A stretch of DNA of 64,000 nt from an uncultured archaeon (GTDB taxonomy: Archaea > Thermoplasmatota > Penumbrarchaeia > JASLWR01), in assembly GCA_964342815.1 (NCBI GenBank), contig CAYFHS010000003.1, positions 1 to 64,000 of the forward strand. The letters are read 5' to 3'. The first letter of the stretch is position 1. Every line of letters starts with the position of its first letter. Both the position numbers and the translations under genes were made by a program. Under the pieces are notes generated by a model. The model was not told where the DNA came from. It was given only the letters and a program-made list of their open reading frames with translations, and searched no databases. Positions 19,301 to 26,678 of the stretch are shown one piece after another.

Positions 19301-22300
19301 CTGGCATCGGAATTGGTCCAGGTGAAATGGAAAAGGCCGTTCTGGATGATCTCGGGATCGAACCAATCCATTCCCCATCCGGTGAAGTCAGGAGTTTCCG
19401 TGAGGGCGAAATTGGAAAGGGACGGTTTGGCGTTATCGAGGGTAACGGTGAGGTTCGTTATATTCCAGTTACCGCAGTTGTCGGACACGTTAACTGTAAG
19501 CGAGCCGTCGCAGTTCTCGTCGACGTTTACGGTATATGTAAGCGACCAGTAATTACCGTTGGTGTAATCGGAATCGGTGGGCGAATTGCCAAAAGCGGTC
19601 TCACCGGATGCGTTCTGCCTGCCTGAACTATCCTCGTTATCTGTAGTACGTATCTCGAAGGTGTCGGACATGGCCTGGTCGCTGGAGAAGTACAGAGTAG
19701 AGCCGTTCCAGTAGACGTTATCGCCTGTAGTTACAACGGTACTTATAGTCAAAGTGGGTGCCGCGTTGTCTAGGATGACGGTTAGATTGTAAGTGCCGTT
19801 GTTCCCGCAGTTGTCGTATACAGTGATCGTGAGATTTCCAGTGCAAGTTTCTCCTTGGGAAATTGTGTATTGAACTTGCCAAACATTTCCATCGTAAGAA
19901 TTATCACTGGGTGATTCACTGAAGGCAGCTTCTCCTTCAGCCTTCTGACGCCCACAACCAGATTCGTCATCTGTGATGAATATCGTAAACGAATCGGTCA
20001 TTCCTTGATCATTTGAGTAATAAAAAAAATCATTATTACTATCAAAATATAGATTATCTGATGATTCAGATACAGTTAATAGTGACGGAACGGGTGCTTG
20101 ATTGTCTATTGTTACAGAAAGATTCGTTGTATTCGTATTTCCAACTTTATCAAATACAGTAATAATAATATTGTCTCCGTTACAGGTCTCTCCTTGATTG
20201 ATAGTATACTGAAGCTCCCACCATATACCACCATAATCATTGTCTGTGGGAGAATCTCCTAATTCAGTTTCACCCTCCGCTTTTAATCTCCCGCTCCCTC
20301 CTTCGTTATCTGTTACTCTGATAGTAAACGATTCACCCATAGCCTGATCATTAGAATAAAATAATACACTATTATCATAATTAATATAATTACTTGATTC
20401 ACCTATATTGCTTATTGCGACCCCAGGTACTTCCGTATCCCTGGTCACGTTGAACGTACAATTCGCGCTGTTGTTCACCATGTCGTAAAAGGTTATTGTA
20501 ATTACTCCCTGCCAGCTGTCGCCGTTGCCCACCTCGTCGTACTTCCCGAGCCATGCCGCGGGGGAGCCGTCGGGGTTCGGACTTCCAAGATTATTGGACG
20601 AGAAAGTGCAGTTAAAGAGACCTGCACCCGCATCCGTGGCCGTCCCCGTAACGTTGAAAGCCTGTTCTGCGCTCATCCGGTTGCTGTAAAAGATGGTGGT
20701 GCCGGATACATAGAGAAAATTGCTGTTCTCGTTGGCAGACAGTGAAGCTATGGCCGGGCCGGTGATATCGCGGGTGATGACGAAGGTTGAAGAATCCACG
20801 AACTGGTTCCCGCAAAGGTCGGTCACCGTTATCGTCAATGCGCCGCTGAAGCTGTCGCCGTTGTTAAAATAATATATCGCTGTGGCGTTATCGGATTTCT
20901 CGATTATCTGATCGGTCTGCTGGTCCACTCCCGGGCCCACCGAGTAGCTAACGTTCGATAGGTTGTAATTATCGGAAAAGCCGAAACTTATGGTAGCGTC
21001 CACCGGTCCGGCACCCATGCCGTTCCCGTAATATATCGTATTATCCGTGTTGTCGTTGGTGAGCAAAACGTAAAGGTACTTCGACGACTCATTCCAGTCC
21101 CCATCGGTTATCTGGGGCGCCGTGGTGTCCCTCACGAGAGTATAATTGAAAGTAGCCGTATTGTTCACCCGGTCATGTAATGTTATAGTCAAATTACCCT
21201 GTACGTTATCAGCCGAGCCAACGCTGTCGTATGTGCCGCTCCAGGAAGCCGCCGATTCGTCATCCGCCGGGCTGCCAAGGGCATTGCCGGGGAATACCAT
21301 CTTCCACAAGCCGGAAAGATTCTCCTCGGCATTCCCGGTGATTGTGAAAGACTGTGCATTCTGCATGTCGTCGCCGTAATATATCGTTGTTACATTGTAA
21401 TAGATAAAATGGCTGTTCTCCGTGACCGTGTGCGAGGTGATATTTGGGCCCCAGGTATCCCGGGTGCATGTGAGATTTACGTAACCGACGTTACCGGCCA
21501 TATCGATTAGTTTCACCATCACCGAGCTGTCGGTATCGCCTGCGCCGATGGAATAGGTGGCCGAGTCATACGGAGCATTGAGATCGTTGTTGGGCCCTTC
21601 ACCGAAACTGTTGCCAAACCGAACGCCGTACTCGTAGTTCTGCCACCCGGAGAACTGGGCTGAAATATTGAAATCCGCCTCGTGGTCGGTGTAATACAAT
21701 TCATCGTTCCCGCTGTCGTAATAGATAAAATCGAGATCAGACAATTCCGCGACAGATATGGTGCCGGTGGGTAAGGTGGTATTGCAGATCACCCAGTTGG
21801 ACATTACCACTTCCGTTGAATTATGGCCGGTCAAATCCACGGCGCATATGTAAAGAGTGTAGTTACCGTCATTATTCACAGTGTAATCGTCATCCTCGGC
21901 ATAATTTCCACCGGTCTGACCCCATGCCGTGCCGATACGGTAATGTGATATACCCGAACCGCCGGGGTCCGAAGCAGCATTCCAGCTCAGATCCACGATA
22001 AGATCGTCGTTGAAGTTGGATTGTGGGCCAAAGCCGTCACCCGGATTATCATTGGCATCCCCCGAGAACTGGAAATTTGAGGGGACTGCAGGTGCAACTG
22101 TATCGGCTTCCGTAACGGAAGAGCTTATGGCATTGGCGGGAACCTCGCCATAGGTGGAATTTATCGCAGACGCATTGATGGATATATTGAATTGAGTTCC
22201 GTTGCTGATTATTGCCGAAGTACGAATTATTATGTAGAAATTGGGTGTGGCAGGGTCGTTATTGGGGATGGTCACCCCGGGAGCAAAGCTGATAGTTAAA

Positions 22301-22743
22301 TTCCAGTATGTGCCGTTACCAGACCACTGTCCTACGGTGCCGGCTCTGACGTCCTCATCAGCCTGGAAACCCGCGCTGTTGCCGTTATCCTGGTAAATGG
22401 ATACACCGGAATCATTATCATTGGTCAGCGGGGCCAGGTCATCAGTTGGGTCGAAACCGGAAGCGTTGTAAAAAGTAATGTTTATCCAGTTTATATCGTT
22501 GTCGGCTCCCTGCGTATTATTGTGAGCGGTTATATTGAGCATGCAGACCTGAACGCTTGATTCGTTCACCCACCCGGGAGCCTCATCATCGGTGCTTATG
22601 GTAAGCTCGCCTTTTGCCTGGCCGCCAAGCATCATGAATACGATAAGAACGGCAATACCGGCTATTGTCAGGGAGATTACCCTGAGTAATCGAGGGGAGA
22701 ATATGGAAACGGATTCCCGCTTCACGGCAGCGTTTTGATACAT
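13345..22743 (-). CDS. Giant cell-surface protein (3132 aa): signal peptide, ~23 Ig-like repeats including 3 FnIII-like domains, TM helix, acidic cytoplasmic tail, C-terminal C4HC3 Zn finger
   Basis: N-terminal hydrophobic segment. Repeated ~100-aa units end in D-x-[V/C/A]-[G/N]-N...RDxxAP (about 23 such turns counted). Many N-x-S/T sequons. TM GVLGFLGWYGLIIVGIMVVGMFLFV is followed by RKRRKK. C-terminus CVNC-x12-CPQC-x4-H-x2-C-x6-CPEC. SD GAGGT upstream. Confidence 0.85.
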   Translation of the reverse strand: MYQNAAVKRESVSIFSPRLLRVISLTIAGIAVLIVFMMLGGQAKGELTISTDDEAPGWVNESSVQVCMLNITAHNNTQGADNDINWINITFYNASGFDPTDDLAPLTNDNDSGVSIYQDNGNSAGFQADEDVRAGTVGQWSGNGTYWNLTISFAPGVTIPNNDPATPNFYIIIRTSAIISNGTQFNISINASAINSTYGEVPANAISSSVTEADTVAPAVPSNFQFSGDANDNPGDGFGPQSNFNDDLIVDLSWNAASDPGGSGISHYRIGTAWGQTGGNYAEDDDYTVNNDGNYTLYICAVDLTGHNSTEVVMSNWVICNTTLPTGTISVAELSDLDFIYYDSGNDELYYTDHEADFNISAQFSGWQNYEYGVRFGNSFGEGPNNDLNAPYDSATYSIGAGDTDSSVMVKLIDMAGNVGYVNLTCTRDTWGPNITSHTVTENSHFIYYNVTTIYYGDDMQNAQSFTITGNAEENLSGLWKMVFPGNALGSPADDESAASWSGTYDSVGSADNVQGNLTITLHDRVNNTATFNYTLVRDTTAPQITDGDWNESSKYLYVLLTNDNTDNTIYYGNGMGAGPVDATISFGFSDNYNLSNVSYSVGPGVDQQTDQIIEKSDNATAIYYFNNGDSFSGALTITVTDLCGNQFVDSSTFVITRDITGPAIASLSANENSNFLYVSGTTIFYSNRMSAEQAFNVTGTATDAGAGLFNCTFSSNNLGSPNPDGSPAAWLGKYDEVGNGDSWQGVITITFYDMVNNSANCTFNVTRDTEVPGVAISNIGESSNYINYDNSVLFYSNDQAMGESFTIRVTDNEGGSGRLKAEGETELGDSPTDNDYGGIWWELQYTINQGETCNGDNIIITVFDKVGNTNTTNLSVTIDNQAPVPSLLTVSESSDNLYFDSNNDFFYYSNDQGMTDSFTIFITDDESGCGRQKAEGEAAFSESPSDNSYDGNVWQVQYTISQGETCTGNLTITVYDNCGNNGTYNLTVILDNAAPTLTISTVVTTGDNVYWNGSTLYFSSDQAMSDTFEIRTTDNEDSSGRQNASGETAFGNSPTDSDYTNGNYWSLTYTVNVDENCDGSLTVNVSDNCGNWNITNLTVTLDNAKPSLSNFALTETPDFTGWGMDWFDPEIIQNGLFHFTWTNSDASSGLGSGEMDWDSSNDGDDNLSQNAGTGGSYIAYDVGDDSTGNITVTLYIYDHVNNMNSTSMTFNFDANDPDNLAIPNINELSNVSNIYYSSGSKDLYYNSSIPIMFQLIVTFDDTGSGRNQSHGATIFGDTPTNNSYQSGHYLDYSIEVARNDAGTYTVTVYDNVGRSKTIQFDVTLDTTAPTVTSTSLSEVLHNDNLYYNSTSKVFYYNNTVNEPQFDIRVQCSDATAGLYRGVGENRFGDSPTDSSYSSRYDLSYSIEKQNIFNGTINVTIYDRVNNYAITVVNVRRDVYAPKTPINIRCDPDDKQTYYKYDDDALVFLYWTPVMDDQGGSDIKLYYAQINNPNPVNDTLDNRHHSETWGEGNQTFYLTVADNVGNYCPVGSDWIVVDTGPPTIDAISVSSDKTRYYYTTGIHPTNGGDVWFNSNAGEGAGQTITITFAWTEPYRDKVNVSSVFGGQKYDDFNGADGWKIPFPVQPGQGSDLSLVLWVVDKANNTDTVVINFKVDNDDPAAPTNVLCRPDGPGGVGEYSNSTRIWVTWTDSTGDGAGSGFKEHRLGDDQSPWNVNVSVSGDSDNGTEGLVTFYVYAVDRVGNFASLTDTITIDLHDPVITDIDVNSSKKFYYNESLGAAGGDVWFNSLAGMGAGQNLTLSFLWTEVNKENISGSNAFGSTPLTATAPWNISYIVPLSQNDVDVEVTLWDKANRSVVITVHFKVDNQDPVSSGFEIWDNSSSFVYYDHDDNILYYSEKMSIEQLINITALGVADALSNVANVTFQSAFGQSEGVIKGAPFTFSYGINLTDSYEGVLTITVYDNVGNYFNLTINVSKDTEVPYIIKKFVAEDSKYLYYDPDGNIFYYSDKMSAEQEFYVQFNGSVDNGSGLYGIYCPKEFGLMNNFSSVLPYNILYKVDSSDTFNGTLEFNIHDLVNNSFEWSFTVIRDTEAPEATFTVNESSEFIHFDLNGILYYGDDMEAQESFEITIPFSLDNLSGVGGVLFPEAFNRSITDDPIFPYSCEYGVNIASINTGTINIAIYDRTYNQLILTLEVIRDIEAPVGTINISESSSFMFYDETAGIFYYSHGMSAAEWFRITIDSSDDNDSGLYRGIFPGIFNWDSTEIDDLLPYELTYNIENTMNLTGGVNLSVVDNVGNVLLLPIMVVKDTTAPTFDKFDIEESSTFLHYSNLTLYYNNEFIRRSQEFTAFFTNISDDLSGYLEIHYPTIFSTLESFSSAEFYPYALNLSDEHPGAVEFILYDRVGNVRSLTLNITLDDVTPRMDSFMIFEESEHIHPEYRDANKIWLWYADFDSTQWFDLAINNITDGGSGISRIDVPALFTDDAFVHVDSSSNFYRNYTVKPGSTFNESRAFYIFDNVNNSIQVLITVKRDNTMSVDPAYVEIMEKSNYIHYDPKSLTLYYGKGFSEDQNFTIIFKSRSVEDIGAGFGEIEFPVFFSEIHRAVKTVQYVISSNSVINGYYDFRVFDNVSNMAKFTIMIERDEKAPAGVITINGKSTDRSVSTEEFYVNVGFDQVNDAGSGVREYFLSNDNATWISVPYKDGLKKWDFRGNGFDKESNSKQTVYMKVVDNVSNVWIEPLTVQYIAPVQVPLSEALPFVFGVLGFLGWYGLIIVGIMVVGMFLFVGRKRRKKDEKTKIPEVEEALVPLPMEEVEESPERPVEYSPVQESPQLEYPWGDGAEEEAYYDPVEEPEEDKMALWKEGAGTIVEADFVEEASGEEDVSERWGSEMEAAVDQTEDEGTWDTAEKGTEGQTEEGASWGGETVDEASDEEFDGWDGGGMIVDEAGAERSSFSEVESIVEEATVERTSWGEEHSVVERTSLGEEEDSVDVESTGEGADTVFEAKSPESREWEDLGQEGKTEAVDEAGWEVHGEDDHGPGRDFDISTPIESEKGIDKTVDDIIGLLGGQEEEESIESALVTPSLLRIKRPSLCVNCKKIIKKGLSGLKCPQCSKVMHMECGKGKGKCPECGTGFK

Positions 22744-22870
22744 TTAATTACCTCTGGAATACAAAAAATGATGTCGATCATTCAAGCGTTGGTTACGGCA
22801 ACGATAGGAATGACACAATAGGTTAACACAGACCGTTATATATTATTGTTTTCGTTTTAAGGATTTATAA

Positions 22871-23132
22871 GTAAAGTCAGGAACATTTTGTGTCTGACTT
22901 ATTGGTAAAGTCGAGCCAGAATGGGTTGGCTTTACACGTAAAGTCAGGAACATTTGGACTGACTTATTGGTAAAGTTGAGCCAGAATGGATTGGCTTTAC
23001 ACGTAAAGTCAGGAACATCTGGACTGACTTATTGGTAAAGTTGAGCCAGAATGGGACGGCTTTACACTTAAAGACGGGAACAAAGTGACTGTCTTCTTGG
23101 TAAAGTCGAGCCATAATGGGTTGGCTTTATAC
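22871..23132 (+). repeat. Tandem array of four degenerate 65-67-bp units, each made of two related hairpins beginning GTAAAG (non-CRISPR)
   Basis: Units at 22871-22937, 22938-23002, 23003-23067 and 23068-23132. Consensus GTAAAGTCAGGAACATTTGGACTGACTTATTG + GTAAAGT[C/T]GAGCCAGAATGGGTTGGCTTTACAC. Confidence 0.92.
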
Positions 23133-23271
23133 GATAATGATTTTTTGGAAAATCCGAGAGTAGGTAAATCCAAGTTTTCAGTTGACTCTTTTATTGTACT
23201 GGTATACTCAATTTAAAATAATTTTATTCTTCGGAGAAAATTTTTCCAGAGCATTTCGGTACGGAAAAAAA

Positions 23272-23301
23272 TTTAAATCAGCATATCAATGCAATCGGTT
23301 A
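23272..23301 (+). promoter_or_regulatory. Promoter segment (TATA-like TTTAAAT plus downstream sequence) duplicated upstream of both carboxypeptidase-regulatory-domain paralogs
   Basis: TTTAAATCAGCATATCAATGCAATCGGTTA here vs TTTAAATCATCATATCAATGCTATCCGTTA at 25140-25169 (27/30 identical). Confidence 0.65.
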
Positions 23302-23330
23302 GAACATTTATTTTTATCGGAGGAGATCCA

Positions 23331-25037
23331 ATGAAAAAAGGATTCATAAGCAATTATTGGAAAATATTACCAGCCATAATGATCGCTTTCGCGCTTCTCA
23401 TATCTGGAGTCGGTATGGTCGGCTCGGTTGAACCTAATGTTAACACCCGCGGCTCGGGTATGGTTTCGGGATATGTATACGATAATGAAACCGGAGAAGT
23501 TATTCCAGACGTTGAGATCGACCTTTCTCACAAAGAATCGGACCATTCCTACCAGGATTATTCGGATGATGCTGGTTATTACGAGTTCGATGATCTTGAT
23601 GCAGGAGAATACAGGATCAGAGGCGACGATGAAAGGTATTATTACCATAAAGAATATTTTTCTCTATCAGAAAGTGAAAATCGGGAACACGATATTTATC
23701 TTGATCCATATGAATGTACCATATTTGGAAATGTATATGATGCGGATTCGAACGATCCAATAGAAGGAGCAAGTGTTTATTTAAAAATTAAAGAGGATGA
23801 TTACTATTATTATTATCTCCATGAATATACGGATATTGAAGGTTTCTATGAGTTCTTCATGCCCCCTGGTGAATACAGAATTGATCTAAATGCATATGGT
23901 TATGAACGCACTAGCAGGATTATTGAAATAAAAGAAGGAGAAGAACTTCAAGAGGATTTTTTTCTCGTACCCCTTAGTACTATCTCCGGAATTCTCTATG
24001 ATGGCGGAACATCAGAGCCTTTGCCGAATATTGAGATTGATCTACTCGAAGACGGGTGGTGGTATAGTTATGATTATTCGAATGAAACCGGGAATTATTT
24101 GATTTACATGGAAGCAGGCGATTATGTCTTACGGGTCCGTGAGAGAGGGTATGAAGATTTCGAATATGATTTCGAGATCAAAGAGGATGAACACATTGTT
24201 TATGATATTTACCTTGAACCCGATCTAACAGTACTCTCCGGATATGTATATAACCTATCCTCAGGAGAAGCTATCGAAGGAGCGCGGGTAAGTGGAGATA
24301 ATTATGATACATGGGATCGGGATACGACCTATACCGATGAAAAGGGATATTATGAACTCTATCCCGGAGTAGGTGAAGTGAGCATCTCGGTTTCGAAAGA
24401 CGGTTATAAAAGCGAATATGATTCTATCACAATGGAGGAAGACGTTGCGCAAGAACGAGATTATTATCTCGATCCATATGAATCAAGCTTATTCGGTAAA
24501 GTGTATGACGAAGAAACATCAGAAACGATATCATACGTTTATGTGACGGTTCAAGGTGAAGATTTCTACGAAACCGACTATACAAATAGTAATGGCGAAT
24601 ACTTTATTTATTTAGACGCGGGCGAATACTCGGTAAGTGTCTCCGAAGGGGGCTATGTCACTTTTAAAACAGATATCACCGTCGAGGAATGGGAAGATTA
24701 TCAGCTCGACGTTTATCTGGTGCCATTCAACTGTAAGGTCTATGGATATATTACCAATGAGGATGGTGAAGCCATCGAGGATGCATACATTAACATCTAT
24801 AATGATAACTACAGCGATTATTATTATTCCGATGACGAAGGATACTATGAGTTCGAATGTCCTCCAAGCAGTGAGGTTGGCGAATATAACTTGCGTGTTC
24901 AAGCCACCGATTATCGACCATATCAAGAACAGTTCTGGTTGGACCAGGGAGAAGAACTTCAAATAGATGTCGAGATGCAGGCACAATGGTCACCAGGTTC
25001 CGTCTGGAACTGGATATGGGAACTGATATTCGGATAA
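23331..25037 (+). CDS. Secreted protein with 6 carboxypeptidase-regulatory-like (transthyretin-like beta-sandwich) domains (568 aa)
   Basis: Signal peptide MKKGF...LLISGVGMVGS. Six repeats of the form ISGxVYD...PIxGAxV......T(D/N)xxGxYxxxxxxGxYxIxVxxxGY. Ends QWSPGSVWNWIWELIFG. SD GGAGGAG; the ORF track start at 23289 is probably too far upstream. Confidence 0.8.
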   Translation: MKKGFISNYWKILPAIMIAFALLISGVGMVGSVEPNVNTRGSGMVSGYVYDNETGEVIPDVEIDLSHKESDHSYQDYSDDAGYYEFDDLDAGEYRIRGDDERYYYHKEYFSLSESENREHDIYLDPYECTIFGNVYDADSNDPIEGASVYLKIKEDDYYYYYLHEYTDIEGFYEFFMPPGEYRIDLNAYGYERTSRIIEIKEGEELQEDFFLVPLSTISGILYDGGTSEPLPNIEIDLLEDGWWYSYDYSNETGNYLIYMEAGDYVLRVRERGYEDFEYDFEIKEDEHIVYDIYLEPDLTVLSGYVYNLSSGEAIEGARVSGDNYDTWDRDTTYTDEKGYYELYPGVGEVSISVSKDGYKSEYDSITMEEDVAQERDYYLDPYESSLFGKVYDEETSETISYVYVTVQGEDFYETDYTNSNGEYFIYLDAGEYSVSVSEGGYVTFKTDITVEEWEDYQLDVYLVPFNCKVYGYITNEDGEAIEDAYINIYNDNYSDYYYSDDEGYYEFECPPSSEVGEYNLRVQATDYRPYQEQFWLDQGEELQIDVEMQAQWSPGSVWNWIWELIFG

Positions 25038-25139
25038 TAATGAGAGTAATCGGTACTAATATACTGATTCGATACTCGTCTTCGCAGGTTTATTATTGTG
25101 CAGTATCTTTTTACTATGCAGTCCGAATATGAAAATCTT

Positions 25140-25169
25140 TTTAAATCATCATATCAATGCTATCCGTTA
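25140..25169 (+). promoter_or_regulatory. Second copy of the duplicated promoter segment
   Basis: 27/30 identical to 23272-23301, and at a similar distance from its start codon. Confidence 0.65.
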
Positions 25170-25202
25170 TACTCTTGTTTTTCAATTGCAGAGGATGATT
25201 CA

Positions 25203-26669
25203 ATGAGAAAAGAACTAATAATCAATTTCCGAAAAATTTTACCGGGTATAATGATCACTCTCTCAATTCTCATATCGGGAGCAGGTATGGTCGGATCGGT
25301 AGAACCCAAGAATACCACCCGTAGTTCGGGTACCGTTTCGGGATATATATACGACCAGATAAGCGGAGAACCAATAGAAAATAATACAGAAGTAATTATC
25401 GAAGGGTATGACGAGAATGGGGATTATTATTCAAGTTACCATTATCCGGATTCTGATGCCTATTACATCTTTTACCTCCAAACAGGAGATTATGAATTAA
25501 AGGTATCCGGGTATAATTATATCAGCAAAAATGAAGGGATAAAATTAAACGAGGGGGAAAAAATCGAGTTAGATTTCCATCTTGAACCCGTCTGTTCTAT
25601 CTCTGGAGTTGTGTATAATAACGAAACTGATGAACCAATTTCAGACATAATAGTTGAGCTATTGCAATATTTTATTCCGAGTTTGTGGTATCGTTATGGT
25701 AATTATTCAACGAATGAAATGGGAGAATATTTCTTTATTATGGAACCCGAAGAATATTGGGTTCGTATTACAGAAGATGGCTATAAGGATTCTTCTGAAG
25801 AGTTTACCGTTGAAGAAGGAGATCATATTATCTATGATATATATTTAGATGTGGATTATACAGTATTATCAGGTTATATCTATGATCAATCCTCAGAGGA
25901 GCCCATCGAGAACGCGAGCATAATGATCTATAATAATGATCGTTGGTACAGCACCTCCGTAACCTCTGACGAGAATGGATATTACGAAGCGTATCCTGAA
26001 AGTGGGGAATCCAGTATAACCGTGGTAAAGGACGGTTATAAAGATCATTACGATACAGTAACGATGGAGAAAGATATTCCCTTAAAGCGCAATTACCATT
26101 TGAAACCATATAATTCCATGATCTATGGGACCGTATTCGACGAAGATACTTCTGATACAATGGAATCGGTCTACATACAAATTGAAGGTAAAGATTTCTA
26201 TGATTCCACAATGTCGGATGAGAATGGCGAATACCATTTCTATCTGGACGGCGGTGACTATCAAATAACCTGTTCTGCAAATGAATATAGCACTTACAAA
26301 AATACCATAACCATTGAGAGTGGAGTGGAGTATCAGCTTGACATATATTTATCTCCTTATGATTCAAAAGTTTTCGGATATGTTAGCGATGAGGATGGCA
26401 ATTATTTATTTGGGGCCTACGTGAGAATTTCAAGCAATTATTACGAGGATACTGACTATACAATAAGTGACGGTTATTACGAATTCATCGTCCCTCCCAG
26501 TGAGGAATCCGGAGAATATACGTTACAGGTTTCAGCTGACGGATATCGCGAATACGAAGAATCATTCTGGCTGGATCAGGGTCAAGAACTGCAGATCGAC
26601 GTGGAGCTGCAGGAACAATGGTCCCCTGGCTCGGTCTTTGCCTGGATATGGGAAATTATATTCGGTTAG
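25203..26669 (+). CDS. Paralogous secreted protein with 5 carboxypeptidase-regulatory-like domains (488 aa)
   Basis: Signal peptide MRKELII...LISGAGMVGSVEP is nearly identical to the upstream paralog. Five repeats; ends QWSPGSVFAWIWEIIFG. SD GAGGATG. Confidence 0.8.
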   Translation: MRKELIINFRKILPGIMITLSILISGAGMVGSVEPKNTTRSSGTVSGYIYDQISGEPIENNTEVIIEGYDENGDYYSSYHYPDSDAYYIFYLQTGDYELKVSGYNYISKNEGIKLNEGEKIELDFHLEPVCSISGVVYNNETDEPISDIIVELLQYFIPSLWYRYGNYSTNEMGEYFFIMEPEEYWVRITEDGYKDSSEEFTVEEGDHIIYDIYLDVDYTVLSGYIYDQSSEEPIENASIMIYNNDRWYSTSVTSDENGYYEAYPESGESSITVVKDGYKDHYDTVTMEKDIPLKRNYHLKPYNSMIYGTVFDEDTSDTMESVYIQIEGKDFYDSTMSDENGEYHFYLDGGDYQITCSANEYSTYKNTITIESGVEYQLDIYLSPYDSKVFGYVSDEDGNYLFGAYVRISSNYYEDTDYTISDGYYEFIVPPSEESGEYTLQVSADGYREYEESFWLDQGQELQIDVELQEQWSPGSVFAWIWEIIFG

Positions 26670-26678
26670 TTATAAGAA

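Noticed and set aside
22929-22977. Integron attC-like site (GCTTTAC...AAGTCAG/CTGACTT...GTAAAGT resembles RYYYAAC...GTTRRRY)
   Set aside because: The core is GTA rather than the conserved GTT, the site is only ~48 bp, no gene cassettes lie between units and no integrase is present. This alternative pairing follows automatically from tandem similar palindromes.
22871-23132. CRISPR array
   Set aside because: There are no unique spacers: the whole 65-bp unit repeats with only scattered substitutions, and there are no cas genes in the window.
22871-23132. TIGR-type or other guide-RNA array
   Set aside because: Variable positions lie mostly in paired stems and covary rather than forming free spacers. 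No box C/D motifs and no Nop-domain gene nearby.
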